From NCBI GenBank assembly GCA_030324005.1, contig JARDVH010000042.1, positions 71,442,188 through 71,506,187 of the forward strand: DNA of 64,000 bases, given 5' to 3'. Source of the DNA: Negaprion brevirostris (Eukaryota). Below, piece after piece: positions 51,918 to 64,000 of the stretch. The stretch's first letter is position 1; each line of letters opens with the position of its first letter. The notes below the pieces were generated by a model. It did no database searches and had not been told where the DNA came from. It was given only the letters and a program-made list of their open reading frames with translations. The translations under genes and the position numbers were made by a program.

Positions 51918-52237
51918 TGTAGAATCCCTACAATGCAGAAGGAGGCCATTCAGCCCATCAAGCCTGTGTCTACAATAATCATACCCAGGCCCTACCCCCA
52001 TAATCCCACATAGTTACTCTGCTAATCCCCCACTCTACGGGGCAATTTAACATGGCCAATCAACCTAACTTGCACATCTTTGGGCTGTGGGAGGAAACCG
52101 GAACATCCGGAGGAAACCCACGCATTCACGGAGAGAATGTGCAAACTCCACACAGTCACCCAAGACCAGATTTGAACCCCAGCCCTAATGCTGTAAGGCA
52201 GGTAGCAGCGCTAAGCACTGTGTCACTGTCTTGCCCT
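51918..52237 (-). mobile_element. HE1-like V-SINE
   Basis: tagaatccctacaatgcagaaggaggccattc...gcaaactccacacagtcacccaag. Confidence 0.87.
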
Positions 52238-53924
52238 GATCCGATAATTTGACTGAGGCTGAAGATGTGAGCTTCATTTTACAAAACGTTTGTCTGGGTT
52301 TCTGCTGTCATTGTTACTTAGTCCTCACCAAATTAACCTAATTTAACCCTTTCTCTCTTGCCCTCAAAATGATGTAACTTTTCCTCTTTACAAGTGCCTT
52401 TTATAAAACTACTGAACATCAGTTTACACTTAAACTTCTCAAATGATATAATCAGCCTTCCAATTCATTCCGAGCAGGAACTGTGCACTTATTGTTGCAG
52501 TGGTGGCCACTTTTTCTCTCTCATTCTGTCACTAAGTCAGGTTGATTTTTTTTTCAAAATAATTCTGTTAAAGTTGGGTTTGGTCACCAAACCTGCTGCC
52601 ACCATATTTCTTGTATCTCTCCATGGGACTGGTGGACTGATACATTGTTACTCAGCACTTGACTGCAGTGCAACAGTGAATGTAGCATCTTGGGATAGTT
52701 TTTAGATAACAATTAATTCTTGGTACTTTATGAATAATATAACAATATATCATTGCCTTGCCTTAGTAGCAGGTCTGCAGGCAGCATATGGCATGTCAAA
52801 TATCAGTAGTGTTTAAAGCTACGTATTCAACTTGGCCTTCAATGACAGAATGGCTACAAATCTCTTAACATCTGTATGGGCTGTCACATAGTACTTGAAC
52901 TGAAAGTAGGAGGTCTGAAGAGGTCCTAGAAACAGATGTTAAGAATGAAATTACACCAGTCATATAGAATTTTATCCAAGTATAAGTTCATCTATGTGCT
53001 ACTTCAGCATATTACTTTGTTCAGATTGAATTCTCCCTTTTTTGCTTTAACAATACCATTTACATTACTTAATTTAACAGCAAATTAGAAATCCGTCCAA
53101 ACATGTCACTGATTTGACAAACGTTCACTGAGGAATTTCAACCCATTCAAATATAGCTTCACAGAATAAGCACATGATTCACGTTCATCAGTGTGGATGT
53201 ACATGTAAATTGAGACAAGATATACAACATTGGCATTACTGTGCCAGAGGGAGTGTTGTGAAGTGGATGATGTTGACATCTGCTTTTGACTCCATCTGGG
53301 ATTGGAGGATGTTACCACATTTATCTACTAGCAGCAGTTGCCTGTACTATTTATAGGTGTATTTTAGATATCCAACAAAGTAGAGAAGACGTAAAAACTT
53401 GTCCTGGTGTGGGTGTAAGAGCAGTAACAATGAAATAATGCAAAGTGGGAAAGGAGGAATTGATTTGTCAAGTACATGATTAAGATCCAGTGCTTAAATT
53501 AATGGTGAATTTTATTAATGCACAATTGCTTTCACCATGTGTTTATGAAACAAATTATGTTCTCTTGTCCATTTATACACATCCCCTTCATCCAAACCTT
53601 CTGAAATCATTGGAGTCTCAATTTAACTGTCTGAAACTGAACTGTAATTTATTTGTTCAGACAGCAGTTTCATTCCAAGACAATTACAGAATTACAGATG
53701 TTTTTAATATAACACTTGAAACTTTTTTCTATTGTAAGCTCATTGTTTTGACTTCATCATCAATTTCTCAAGATCTTAATCAAGAAAGCAATGTGTTTTG
53801 CAATTGCTATATTGTTATATTCCCTGGGCTCAGTTCTTTCATCAACATCACTGGTAAGGTTCTTGTAGGGATGAAGGTTCACGGAGGTTACAAAACAACA
53901 TGCAATGGATAGTTGTGAATAGAG

Positions 53925-55940
53925 TTTTGTTTTTATTTCTTCACTCATGAATTATTAGTGTTGCTGACCAGGTTGACATTTATTGTCCATCCCTAATTGT
54001 CCTTGGAAAAGTGGAAATGAGCTGCCTTCTTGTTCAAGGAATTTGGCCCAGCAACTATGAAAGAATAGAGACTTTCAAGTCACAATGGTGAGTGACTTGG
54101 AGGGGAGCTGGCAGGTGGTACATTTTTTGTAACTGCTGCCACAGTCTTTCCAGTCGCTAAAAGATGCAGATTTGGAAAGTGCTTTCAGAGGAGCCTTAGC
54201 AAGTGGTTGCAGTGCACTTTGTAGGTGGTTTACACTGCTGCCACTATGCATCGGCAGTGGAGGGGGTAAATGTCTGTGGATGGGGTGCCAATCAAGTAGG
54301 CTGCTTGCCTTGAATAATGTTGAATTTCTTAAGTGATGTGAAGCTGCACTCATCCAGGCAAATGGGTTGCGCCTTGTAGGTGGTGAAAAGACTTTAGGAA
54401 TTCAGGAAGTAATTTACTGACCGCAGGGTACCCAGCCTCTGCCCCGATTTTACAGCTATGGTATTTATGTGTCTAGTCCTGTTAAGTTTCTGGTTTAATG
54501 GTAATCCTCAGGATATTGATGGTGGAGAAGTCAGTGAGAGTTATCCTGTAGAATATCAAGAGATGGTGTTTAGAACCTTTGTTGTTAGAGATGGCCTTTC
54601 ATTGGCCCTTAAAAAGGGAACTGAACATTTTGCAATCATTAGCGAATATGCCAATTTCTTATCTTGTCATTAAGGGAAAGTCATTGATAAAGAAGCATTA
54701 GAGCATTCACCATGTGTTTATGAACCAAATTGATGTTCTCTGAAGAACTTTTACAGGAATGTCCNNNNNNNNNNNNNNNNNNNNNNNNNNNNNNNNNNNN
54801 NNNNNNNNNNNNNNNNNNNNNNNNNNNNNNNNNNNNNNNNNNNNNNNNNNNNNNNNNNNNNNNNNNNNNNNNNNNNNNNNNNNNNNNNNNNNNNNNNNNN
54901 NNNNNNNNNNNNNNNNNNNNNNNNNNNNNNNNNNNNNNNNNNNNNNNNNNNNNNNNNNNNNNNNNNNNNNNNNNNNNNNNNNNNNNNNNNNNNNNNNNNN
55001 NNNNNNNNNNNNNNNNNNNNNNNNNNNNNNNNNNNNNNNNNNNNNNNNNNNNNNNNNNNNNNNNNNNNNNNNNNNNNNNNNNNNNNNNNNNNNNNNNNNN
55101 NNNNNNNNNNNNNNNNNNNNNNNNNNNNNNNTACTATTAAAATTTTAAAGTTTATTTATTAGTGTCAGAAGTAGGCTTACATTAACACTGCAGTGAAGTC
55201 ACTGTGAAAACCAGAATATTGAATATTGTCAGGGTCCATAGCCTTTGCAATAACCAGTGCCTTCAGCCAATTCTTGATATCATATGGACTGAATTGAATT
55301 GGTTGAAGATTGGCATCTGTGATGTTGGGGACCTCTGGAGAAGATCGAGATGGATCATCCACTCAGCACTTCTGGCTGAATTATAGAATCCCTACAGTGC
55401 AGAAGGAGGCCATTTGGCCCACCAAGTCTGTACCAACCACAATCCCACCCGGATCCTATTCCTGTAACCCTCAATTACCCTGCTAATCCCCCTGACATTA
55501 GGGTCAATTTAGCCTGGCCAATCAACCTAACCCACACATTTTGGACTATGGGAGGAAACTGTAGCACCTGGAGGAAAACCCATGCAGACAAGGGGAGAAT
55601 ATGCTAACTCCACACAGACAATGACCCGAGGCAAGAATGGAACCCGGGTCCCTGGCGCTGTGAGGCAGCAGTGTTAACCACTGTATCACCGTGCCACCCT
55701 ATTGTTGCGATTGCTTCAGCCTTATTCACTGCACTGATGTGTTGGTTTCCCCAACATTGTGGGATGGGGATATTTGTGGATCCTCCTTCTCCAGTGAGTT
55801 GTTTCACTGGATATGGTAGGACTGCAGAGCTTAGATGTGATCTATTGGTTGTGGAACTACATAGCTCTGCAAGCATAACTCCGTCTATTACTTGCTGCTT
55901 ATTCTGTTTGGTACGCAAGTAGTCCTGTTGTTGTGCCTGC
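53925..55940 (-). mobile_element. Fragmented CR1/L2-clade LINE with a gap and SINE insertions
   Basis: 3' end at about 53930. The minus strand reads PNITDANLQPIQFSPYDIKNWLKALVIAKAMDPDNI at 55215-55330 and continues after the SINE at 55700. Confidence 0.72.
55382..55699 (-). mobile_element. HE1-like V-SINE inserted in the LINE
   Basis: tagaatccctacagtgcagaaggaggcc...gcagtgttaaccactgtatcaccgtgccaccc. Confidence 0.88.
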
Positions 55941-56549
55941 CACACAGTCTGTTTTAACCCTTACACGATGGACAAAGAATTGAGAGTAGACTTCTTGTTA
56001 ATACAACCATTATTTATTTAAAACACACAATCAATAATTACCCACCCAACCAACAATAACTTATCTTACAGAAAATACTAAAGTTCAAGTCCAATACAAG
56101 ACCTAGACTTAACTTTGCGTAACTGGCAAGTACCCAAGCAGATATTGGCCTTTATCTGTGCATTGGTCTCGGTCGTCCTCTGTGTAGTCTGGTCTTTTGG
56201 TTTGGGCTGGCACTCTGGCTTTGGTCTTACTTCCTTCTCGGGTGTGGTGGCTCTCCTTGTGCCGGTCACCTCTGGAGATGGTCACCGTTGTTGTAGCTTG
56301 TTCGTGGGGTCAGAGAGAGAGGTTCTTGATTGCGCAGCACCCCTTGTATCACTTTGGGTTTCACACCCCTTTTGGCAATTGCTAATCAAGGCCACGGGCC
56401 TTTTTTTGTGCTGCAAAACTCTATAGGTGCGATGTTCCTGGTCTGCTGCGCTACCCGAGTTGTACAGTGGGTCGGGAAATGTGTGGGAGAGGAAACGGGG
56501 GGGGAGTAGATGGTGATGTATGGGGCTATAGTGGGATTCATTCACTTGT

Positions 56550-57133
56550 CGTGACTTTCCCAGGCCATTTTTTTCCCAGGCCAGAAAACAGCGCGAGGCT
56601 GATCATCATATTTAAATCCCCATTTCAGTGTCATGAAGTGAGCCCCGGATGGTATAATCTGGGCTCCTTAATGTTTCTGTCCCCGCTGGCAGAAGTTCCC
56701 ACAAGTGAGGATTAAAACTGGTCCCCATCAACAGGGACCGAGCATGATGGGAGGGTCAGCAACCAGGTCAAGGGGTTGGGGAGGCTGGTGATCGGGGGAG
56801 CGTTGAGGCCAGTGGTTGCTGGTGGGGTAGGTTGAGGAAGCCATTGGGAAGCCAGCAATCGGGAGGCCAGCGATGGGGGTACAGGGCACATGGACCAATC
56901 TTCCTACTGACAGATCGGCGTGTGCACAGCAGTCCATTCAGCGTTCTGATGTTGGCCTTGCAGGTGGTATTAGGCCCTGCACCAAACCCCCCGCCCCCCC
57001 AGCCGGCATGAATCCCCCGGCAGACTCTTTGAAGTACAGAGTGCAGGAAATTCAACAGTCCAAAAAATGAACAGGAAATTCTCCTATTTTCCCACCAGTT
57101 GGACACTTCGTTTTTTTTTGGCAAAATCATCCC
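56550..57133 (+). mobile_element. Family A-related MITE-like element
   Basis: Shared 3' block (ctgacagatcggcg...ggtattaggccc...acagagtgcagg) and end ggcaaaatcatccc. Confidence 0.6.
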
Positions 57134-57139
57134 TTAGGA

Positions 57140-57475
57140 TGACATAGCTGAAAGGTAAAGCAGAAGAGTGAAAATGGATAGCAAGAGTTTCTACAGGTAC
57201 TAAAAAGGAAAAGAGTGATAAAATGAGTGTTGGTCCTCTAGTGAATGGCAAGGAGATTGAATAGATAATAAAGAAATGGCAGATGTAGTGAACAAATATT
57301 TTGCTTCTGTGTTCATTATAGAAGATACAAAAAACATTCCAGTAATAGCTATAAATCAGGAGGTGAAAGATAGAGGAGAACTCGATGAAATTACAATAAC
57401 TAAGGAAGCGGTACTGAATGAAACTGATGAAACTGCAAGCTGAGAAGTCACAGGGTCCTGGCGGACTTCATTCCA
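57140..57475 (+). mobile_element. CR1 LINE ORF2 fragment
   Basis: KMDSKSFYRY..KRKRV..SVGPL...EMADVVNKYFASVFIIED...KSQGPGGLH. Confidence 0.75.
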
Positions 57476-57559
57476 AACCAGAAAATATTAATATTGTGCA
57501 TGTTGTGATGAAAAGTGGTGAGCATCTGTTTCACACCATCAATTTCATGGAAAACATAA

Positions 57560-58210
57560 ATGCCATCACACTGACGTGTTTGCCAAGATTCAAATGATCT
57601 GTCCTATGAAAATTGGTGATTATTTCTTATTGGTCAAGATTAACGCAAAAGCAAGTGCCGACATATGACCTCTGCCAATTTAAAAAACATATCCACAGGA
57701 TTGGAAGGCCATGGTGAAATCTATTGCTGTAAAAATTAGTGCCCAGTGGTTCACTAGCATTAAGTGCAATTTTTAGTTCATTTGGTATGCTTATAGAGAT
57801 CATTACAAAAAATGGTCAGCAATTTATCAGTAAGCCATTTCGGGATATTTGTGAGAAGTGGAATGTTGATCACATTACTTCTTCTATTTATTACCCTAGG
57901 TCTAATGGCCTTGCTGAATGAATGATTCACTTGGTGAAATCTCTATTTCTCAAATGTAGACTGACTGAATCAGATCTGCACATTGCAATGTTACATCTGA
58001 GAGCAACATCTTTAAGTGCAACTATTCTATCACCAGCAGAGTTCATGTTTGGTAGACCAGTGCATGCCTATTGACCTACTCTTACCCATTGTACTTTCTC
58101 AGAAACCAGGTAACTACTTTAAAAACTACAAGAGAAGTTGACCAATGTGCACAATAAAAATGTAGATGTAGAAATGCCAAGATTGCAGCTGTGAGAAGGA
58201 TTAAAACCTC
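57560..58210 (+). mobile_element. Gypsy/Ty3 LTR-retrotransposon integrase (rve) remnant
   Basis: IFSSFGMLIEIITKNGQQFISKPFRDICEKWNVDHITSSIYYPRSNGLAE*MIHLVK...LHLRAT...SPAEFMFGRPV: degenerate DNG, SNGxAE and SPAEL motifs. Confidence 0.85.
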
Positions 58211-58939
58211 NNNNNNNNNNNNNNNNNNNNNNNNNNNNNNNNNNNNNNNNNNNNNNNNNNNNNNNNNNNNNNNNNNNNNNNNNNNNNNNNNNNNNNNNNN
58301 NNNNNNNNNNTAGAGACACGCTCACTGCTACTACTATTTCTAATATTTAAAAACTGAATATAGACCTTTAAAGTAGCCAAAGTTGTGTCTGCCTGCGCAC
58401 CCCATCTCCCCAAACAAACGAAGCTGCTTGGCAGATTTTGGAAAATTCCCACCTCATTATCTCTCAGGAGCCACTGACAACCACCTATGGACTATACAGC
58501 CCAAATTCAAACAAAACTATACAAAGCCAATCTGCATTTAATTACCCAGGCTGGTCAGAAGGAGAAAGTTTGTCTGCTGAAGCAAAAGACTCACAAAATT
58601 TCTTTCAATTCCCAATCGCTGAGATGATTAACAGCTTTTGGAATTCAGACGATGGATACACATCTTTTGACAAAGACCTGACGCAGAGATAAGAGTCATG
58701 TGGCCTGGGTCTTTGGCTTGTGGAACAAGTAATATTGCCATGTTGAATTGCATAAATTAGCAGCCTTACAGACATGGAACTTGGCCCAGTTTGGACACCT
58801 AACCCCGTTTACACAGCTTCTGCTAGAAATTCTGTGCCATCATCTACAGGACTGATTCATCTCCACATGTCAACAGCGCCAGAAGTCAACACCACCAGAA
58901 AAATGAATTAGCCAGATAGCTAGAAGTTATTTTATGAAG

Positions 58940-59310
58940 CTGAAGAATATGTTAACAGTAAGAAACCTCAATCTTGTAACAAACTCATAAGATGCCATAT
59001 TCTATCCATTTTCTTACATACCTCGGACAATAAACAAAGATCTGTGGAAGGAAATAGAGGTCTTTGAAATGTGGATGTCGATACATATGTTAAAAATTCC
59101 ATATACAGACCACTAGAGGAATGAAAAGGGGCTTGAAATTACAAAAAACTCTAAAATAATGTACCCCAGAAAAGAAAGTGTCAGCAGTTCAGCCATTTAG
59201 TCAAAGCTGAAAAGCTACAGTGATCTCTTCTAGAGGGAAAAGTGGAGGGCAACAGAAAGCAGGGTCAACCTAGGTGTATGTAGATGACAAACATCAAAGA
59301 GTGATTGCAG
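58940..59310 (+). mobile_element. RTE-clade (BovB-like) LINE 3' coding remnant
   Basis: IEVFEMWMSIHMLKIPYTDH...FSHLVKAEKLQ*SLLEGKVEGNRKQGQPR, matching the RTE C-terminal motif. Confidence 0.7.
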
Positions 59311-60199
59311 AAGAAGTGCAGTGGATGTGGGAGGATGGTGCTAGACAGATGAATGTGATATACCATGACAGCAGGTCTCCTACTTGAAGAGCTACAAGCA
59401 GCAGAATTAGTGAGGAGGACAGTGCAGTGTCGACTGGGTTGAGTGTGCCATTAATGTGACCATGCCCCGGTGGTCCACCCAACTTTATTCTTTTTCTTAT
59501 TCGTAGTGAATGGTTTCATATGACTGAGTGGCTTTATGGTCTTTAACATAATAAAATGGCCCAAAATGGCACTTAATAGGAGTAGTATCAAACCACTTAA
59601 GATGATGACCAGAAGCTTCGTCAAAAAGTCAGACTTTAAGAAATATCTTAAAGAAAGAGAGCGAGGCTACAGTTGTTTAGGGAGGGAAATCTTCAGCCTT
59701 AGGTCTCAACAGCTGTTGGCATGGTCACCAATAATGGAGCAATTAAAATTGCAAGGGGCCAGAACTGAAAGTTTGCAATGGTTTCAGAGGAGAGGATTGT
59801 AGATATGAAGGTGGTTACAGTAACAAGGAGGATGAAGCAATGGAGGATTTAAAAACAAGGATACCAATTTTAAAATCAAGACATTGCCAGACTGGGAATA
59901 AATGTGGATCAGCAAACACAGGGCTGAAAAATAAAGCAGACTTAAGTGCAAGTTAGCATAGGCAGTAGTGTTTTGGACTAACTCAAGCTACATTGGGTGG
60001 AATATAGGAGGTTGGCTAGGAGACCATTGGAATAGTCAAATTTAGAGGTAAAAAGGGCACAGATACGTAAACGAAATTTAAGTAGCAATGTGGCAATGCT
60101 GGAACCATGTGTTACTGATGAACATAAGTCTTGATGGAACAGGTAAGTGGTCAGAAACTCATCTTTGGATTAAGTATGAAACTAAATCTGCAAAGAGTA

Positions 60200-60915
60200 T
60201 GAACAAAGAACAAAGAACAAAAACAGCCCGGGAAACAGATCCTTCGGTCCAACCAGCCCGCGCCGCCATCTCAACACCACTAGTCCCCCTCTCCACCCAC
60301 AACCCCTATCTAATGTTTTATGATGTCATGATGTGGGTATGCCGGACTGGGGTAAACACAGTAAAAAGTCTGACAACACCAGGACTAAAACCTGGTGTTG
60401 TCAGACTTTTTACTAATGTTTTATGGCCATCCAGATTGAGGGAAACTGATTTAGGGACAATTTATTACTGCCAATCAGCCTAACAGCACNNNNNNNNNNN
60501 NNNNNNNNNNNNNNNNNNNNNNNNNNNNNNNNNNNNNNNNNNNNNNNNNNNNNNNNNNNNNNNNNNNNNNNNNNNNNNNNNNNNNNNNNCACCTTACTTG
60601 GCAGAGCATTCCATACCCCCACTACCCTCTGTGTGAAAAACCTCCCTCTAATGTCTGTGTTGTACCCCTCCCCCCTCACCTTAAGTCCATGGCCCCTTGT
60701 CCTACATGTCTCTATCATAGGAAATAGTTTACCTCTGTTTACTCTATCTGTACCCTTCATAATCTTATACACCTCTATTAGATCCCCCCTCAGTCAGCGT
60801 CTTTCAAGGGAAAAGAGCCCCAATTTCTTAAATCTTTCCTCATACCCCGGTCCTTCCATACCAGGCAACATCCCGGTAAACCTCGTCTGCACTCTCTCCA
60901 GAGTCTCCACGTCCC
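60200..60915 (-). mobile_element. CR1 LINE 3' end with an (AAGAACA)-type terminal repeat
   Basis: The minus-strand ORF reads YKIMKGTDRVNRGKLFP...TRGHGLKVRG...RFFTQRVVGVWNALP, and the terminal repeat gaacaaagaacaaagaac lies at 60201. Confidence 0.88.
60323..60414. mobile_element. ~90-bp insertion with a perfect 24-bp hairpin, flanked by a direct repeat
   Basis: agtaaaaagtctgacaacaccagg-actaaaa-cctggtgttgtcagactttttact, with ctaatgttttatg at both 60310-60322 and 60413-60425. Confidence 0.75.
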
Positions 60916-62879
60916 TGTATGGCTCAACTTCTAACAGTTGCATGGGTAAGGGTTAGAATTGGGGGCTGGGAAGAGTTTGTGGCAGAGACAAAAGACAAGG
61001 AACTAGGTCTCCCCAACATTTAGTCTTACGAGCTAGAATTTTCCTCTGTTCACACTGATGAGATCTTCTGCTCCCACTGATGATGCACCCCACCACCTCC
61101 CCTCCCCCCCCCCATGGGTTTCCAAGTGACATTGGGTACAATCAATGGGAAATCCCACTGACAGCGGCAGTGCAGAAAATCTCACCACCGGCAAACAGCG
61201 TGTCCCTTCCCGCCGCAAGAAACATGCCACAGAAAGGCAAGAAAATTCTCCCCAAAATTTCTGCTCATCCCATTTTGGATATTGGAATTTATGTTCAGGT
61301 CAGAAACTCCACAATGTTTTGTGCAGTCCATCTGAAACATTAATTTTGCGCTTTGAATTTGGCTAGGATAAGCATGATATGTTTCACTTCAAATATGATT
61401 CAAATTACCCATTAGGGAACTTTTAACAACAAAGTTTATTTAAAAATATAGTTAACATATATAGTAAGAAAATTAGCAGAAATTCTTATCAATTATAAAC
61501 AAAAACAAACCAACCACGATAATGTATAACCCCTAACAAATATGACCAAGATGTTCTAATTAAGCTGATCGCATAACCAGCACCCTTTCACAGGCTTAAC
61601 ACAGCAAAGACTAATGTTCATGGAACTGAGTCCTTTGGGTGAATGCTGCAGTTCTCTTGATAGACTTGGAACAGTCTGAAGTCAGAACAGCTTCCCAGAA
61701 CACCAGGGAGAGACTCTGGTCAAGCCACCAACAGCAAATTTTCTACTACAGGAAGGCAAGAAGCCTTGCTTCAGCTAACCAGCAGAACTTCCAAAACACA
61801 AGGAGAGAGAGAGACAATGCTTTCAGTCTGAGATCCATTCCCTTCTGAACTAAAAAACTGTGTCAGTCAAAACAGAAAATGAAACATTGAATTCCTTAGG
61901 AAGGAAAAAGAACTGACCAGAACCTATGAACTTCCTTCTAGCAACGCAGGGTCATAAAACAGCCCAGAGTAAAAGTAAAGAAACTCCATTTAAACCATTG
62001 AAGGAACAAGGAAAGAACTCCTCGTGGACAGCTCAGAACAATAACATCAGCTAAGGTTGTGAGAGAATGATTTTTTAAAAATCTCTTAAAGATACACTAA
62101 CATCACAAAAGCAGTCTGACAAATCAAAAAAGCAGTGTAAGTGCTGGTGTAAATCTGGGTGTCATCAGCATACATGTGGAACCTGAGGTATTTTTGGATG
62201 TTTGGCTGAGGGACAACATGGAATTGAGGAATAGGAAGGGTCCAAGAATAAATCCTTGGAGGACATCAGAAGCAATAATGGTGTTGAAGTGAGAAGAGAA
62301 GTAACTGCAGGTGATTCTTTAGCCAAGAAGAACAGGAAAAATGGAATCAGGTGAATCAAGTCTCACCCAGTTTGAGACATGATCAATCATGTCAGGCAGC
62401 TTGAGAAAGATGAGGGGGGAATTAACAGTCACAGTTTGTGACCTTGATACAAACTGATCAGTACCCCAGCAGGGACAGAAACTTGAATGGAACATTTCAA
62501 ACATGAGGAAAGAAAGGCACAAGCTGTGAAGCCAGAGAAAAAAGGGCTCAAATTACAGATGGTGAAAATAAATTGGTCCCAAGCACTTGTGCAGTCACGC
62601 TTGGAGTAATATGTACAGTCCTAGAGACTGAAATAGACTTACAGGCAGTTCAGAAAAGAACAATCTAACTGGTTCCTTACTGGTGCTCTTTGAACATTCA
62701 TTTGTCAGGTACTGATGCACTTTGCAAGAAAGTTGAGAATTGGCTAATGTTGGCATTCTAGCATGTATCAGCAAGATAAACCCATCCCAATTTGCTATAC
62801 TCCAGACTGCAATATTACTTTGCAAGATCCCATAGTGAACAACCTCAACTTCTTGAAGAACCACTTAGTCTTTCAAAAA

Positions 62880-63370
62880 TAATAAGGGCAATGTTGGCAA
62901 GGCTGCATTTATTACCAAAGCCTTGTTGCCCTGAGATAAAGGCAAATGGCCTTCATTTGAGGTACCACAGTCATTGTGGCAACTGTGCATTTACTGTAAT
63001 GTTGGAAAGGAAATTCCAGGTCATTGATCCAAGAGCAATGAAGGAATGAAATATATGTTCAAGTTAGGACATTATGTGACTTGAGATGGGAACTTGGAGG
63101 TGATCCCTAAACAATGCTGCTCTTATCTTTTTTAATGAGGTCATCGGGAGGCAGCCTTTCAGCAGTGCATCCAATAGATTGTGCATACTGCTGCTAAAGT
63201 ACATTGGTGATCAAGGAGTGAATAAGTCCAGTAGAATGAGTACCCATCAAATGAACTGCTCTGAACTGGTTGCCTTTGAGTTCCATGATTTTTATAGGGG
63301 CTGCTCAAAAAGGCAAGTGATGAATATTTTGTTGTTGGAGAGACATTGTGTGTTAAAAATGGTACATTTC
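62880..63370 (-). mobile_element. CR1/L2-clade LINE 3' fragment
   Basis: Homologous to 1805-2170. Confidence 0.6.
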
Positions 63371-64000
63371 AGCATACCAAAGGTGGTGTTTTCCAGTCCA
63401 GCCTGCAATAGGACCCATTCTGGGCGGGATGGGGCTTTTGAACAAGATATCCATTCACTTTTAGCAGGAATTTAGCATGATCAGAAAATTTTGGCCCAAC
63501 TCTTCAAAATGTAGCTGTTTAAGGACGAACAAATGGCTAATGGGTAACAAGATATATCCTTTGTTCATGCCTACTGATCCCATTAAAAGCTGCCCAAACT
63601 GTAGTTGAGGAGGACTCCAATTGCCTTAACCACATGGTCAGCAAGAGGATCATTAAGATGTTAAGGGAAGTGAATGGGTTTGAAGACAGGTTGGGAGAGG
63701 ATCTGCAATGAGCTTCAGTTCATTTCCTAATAAATACAAAATGCCACCTTGACCTGAGCCATAGACAAATCCTTATACACTGGTAGGAGGTAGGGCATGT
63801 GAGTGTCTCAGTTTGGAGAATCAAGACACTTTATTAACATATTTAAATCAGTTCCTGCATGTTATTTAACTCCTACAAAGGGATTGCTAAAGCTTAAGAA
63901 ATTCAGCTGTAAAATGGAGACAGAAGTTCTGACTCAAGGGAAGAGCCTTTTCCAGTGCTCCTTGTGGACCAGGAAGAGCAGGACTTCTTCTTCTTCTCCT

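Noticed and set aside
52490-52520. ttgcag-tggtggccac resembling the start of the VGGH exon
   Set aside because: It continues FFSLILSL rather than TMLPIRWM, and the phase does not fit.
61375-62106. Possible solo LTR (TG...CA); similar candidates at about 50130-50790 and 55950-56480
   Set aside because: No paired LTR, PBS/PPT or clear TSD could be verified by eye.

Overview
Eukaryotic (vertebrate) genomic DNA from a gapped draft assembly, almost certainly a shark or other elasmobranch, judged from HE1-type V-SINEs, SacSINE/DeuSINE, CR1, Rex/Babar and Penelope-type repeats. The window is an internal part of a + strand neurotrophin receptor gene, best matching NTRK2/TrkB. Four coding exons with canonical AG/GT boundaries splice in frame (6916-7104, 27220-27350, 31559-31731, 44037-44277). 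They encode the juxtamembrane Shc/NPQY site and the kinase domain through the activation loop (DVYSTDYYR). I did not find the upstream exons or the last two kinase exons. The rest is intron filled with decayed transposable elements: two PIF/Harbinger remnants (transposase plus Myb/SANT partner), many GGG(C)-ended MITE-like elements, SINEs, LINE fragments, a Gypsy integrase fragment and three minisatellites. Almost all other listed ORFs are spurious. I see no convincing new biological system. The best leads are possible intronic-polyadenylation truncated TrkB isoforms, a CUAAC-rich hairpin minisatellite next to the Shc-site exon, a ~125-bp near-perfect palindrome, and a TSD-flanked mini-hairpin insertion. 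Repeat family names are from recognition by eye, and repeat boundaries are approximate.
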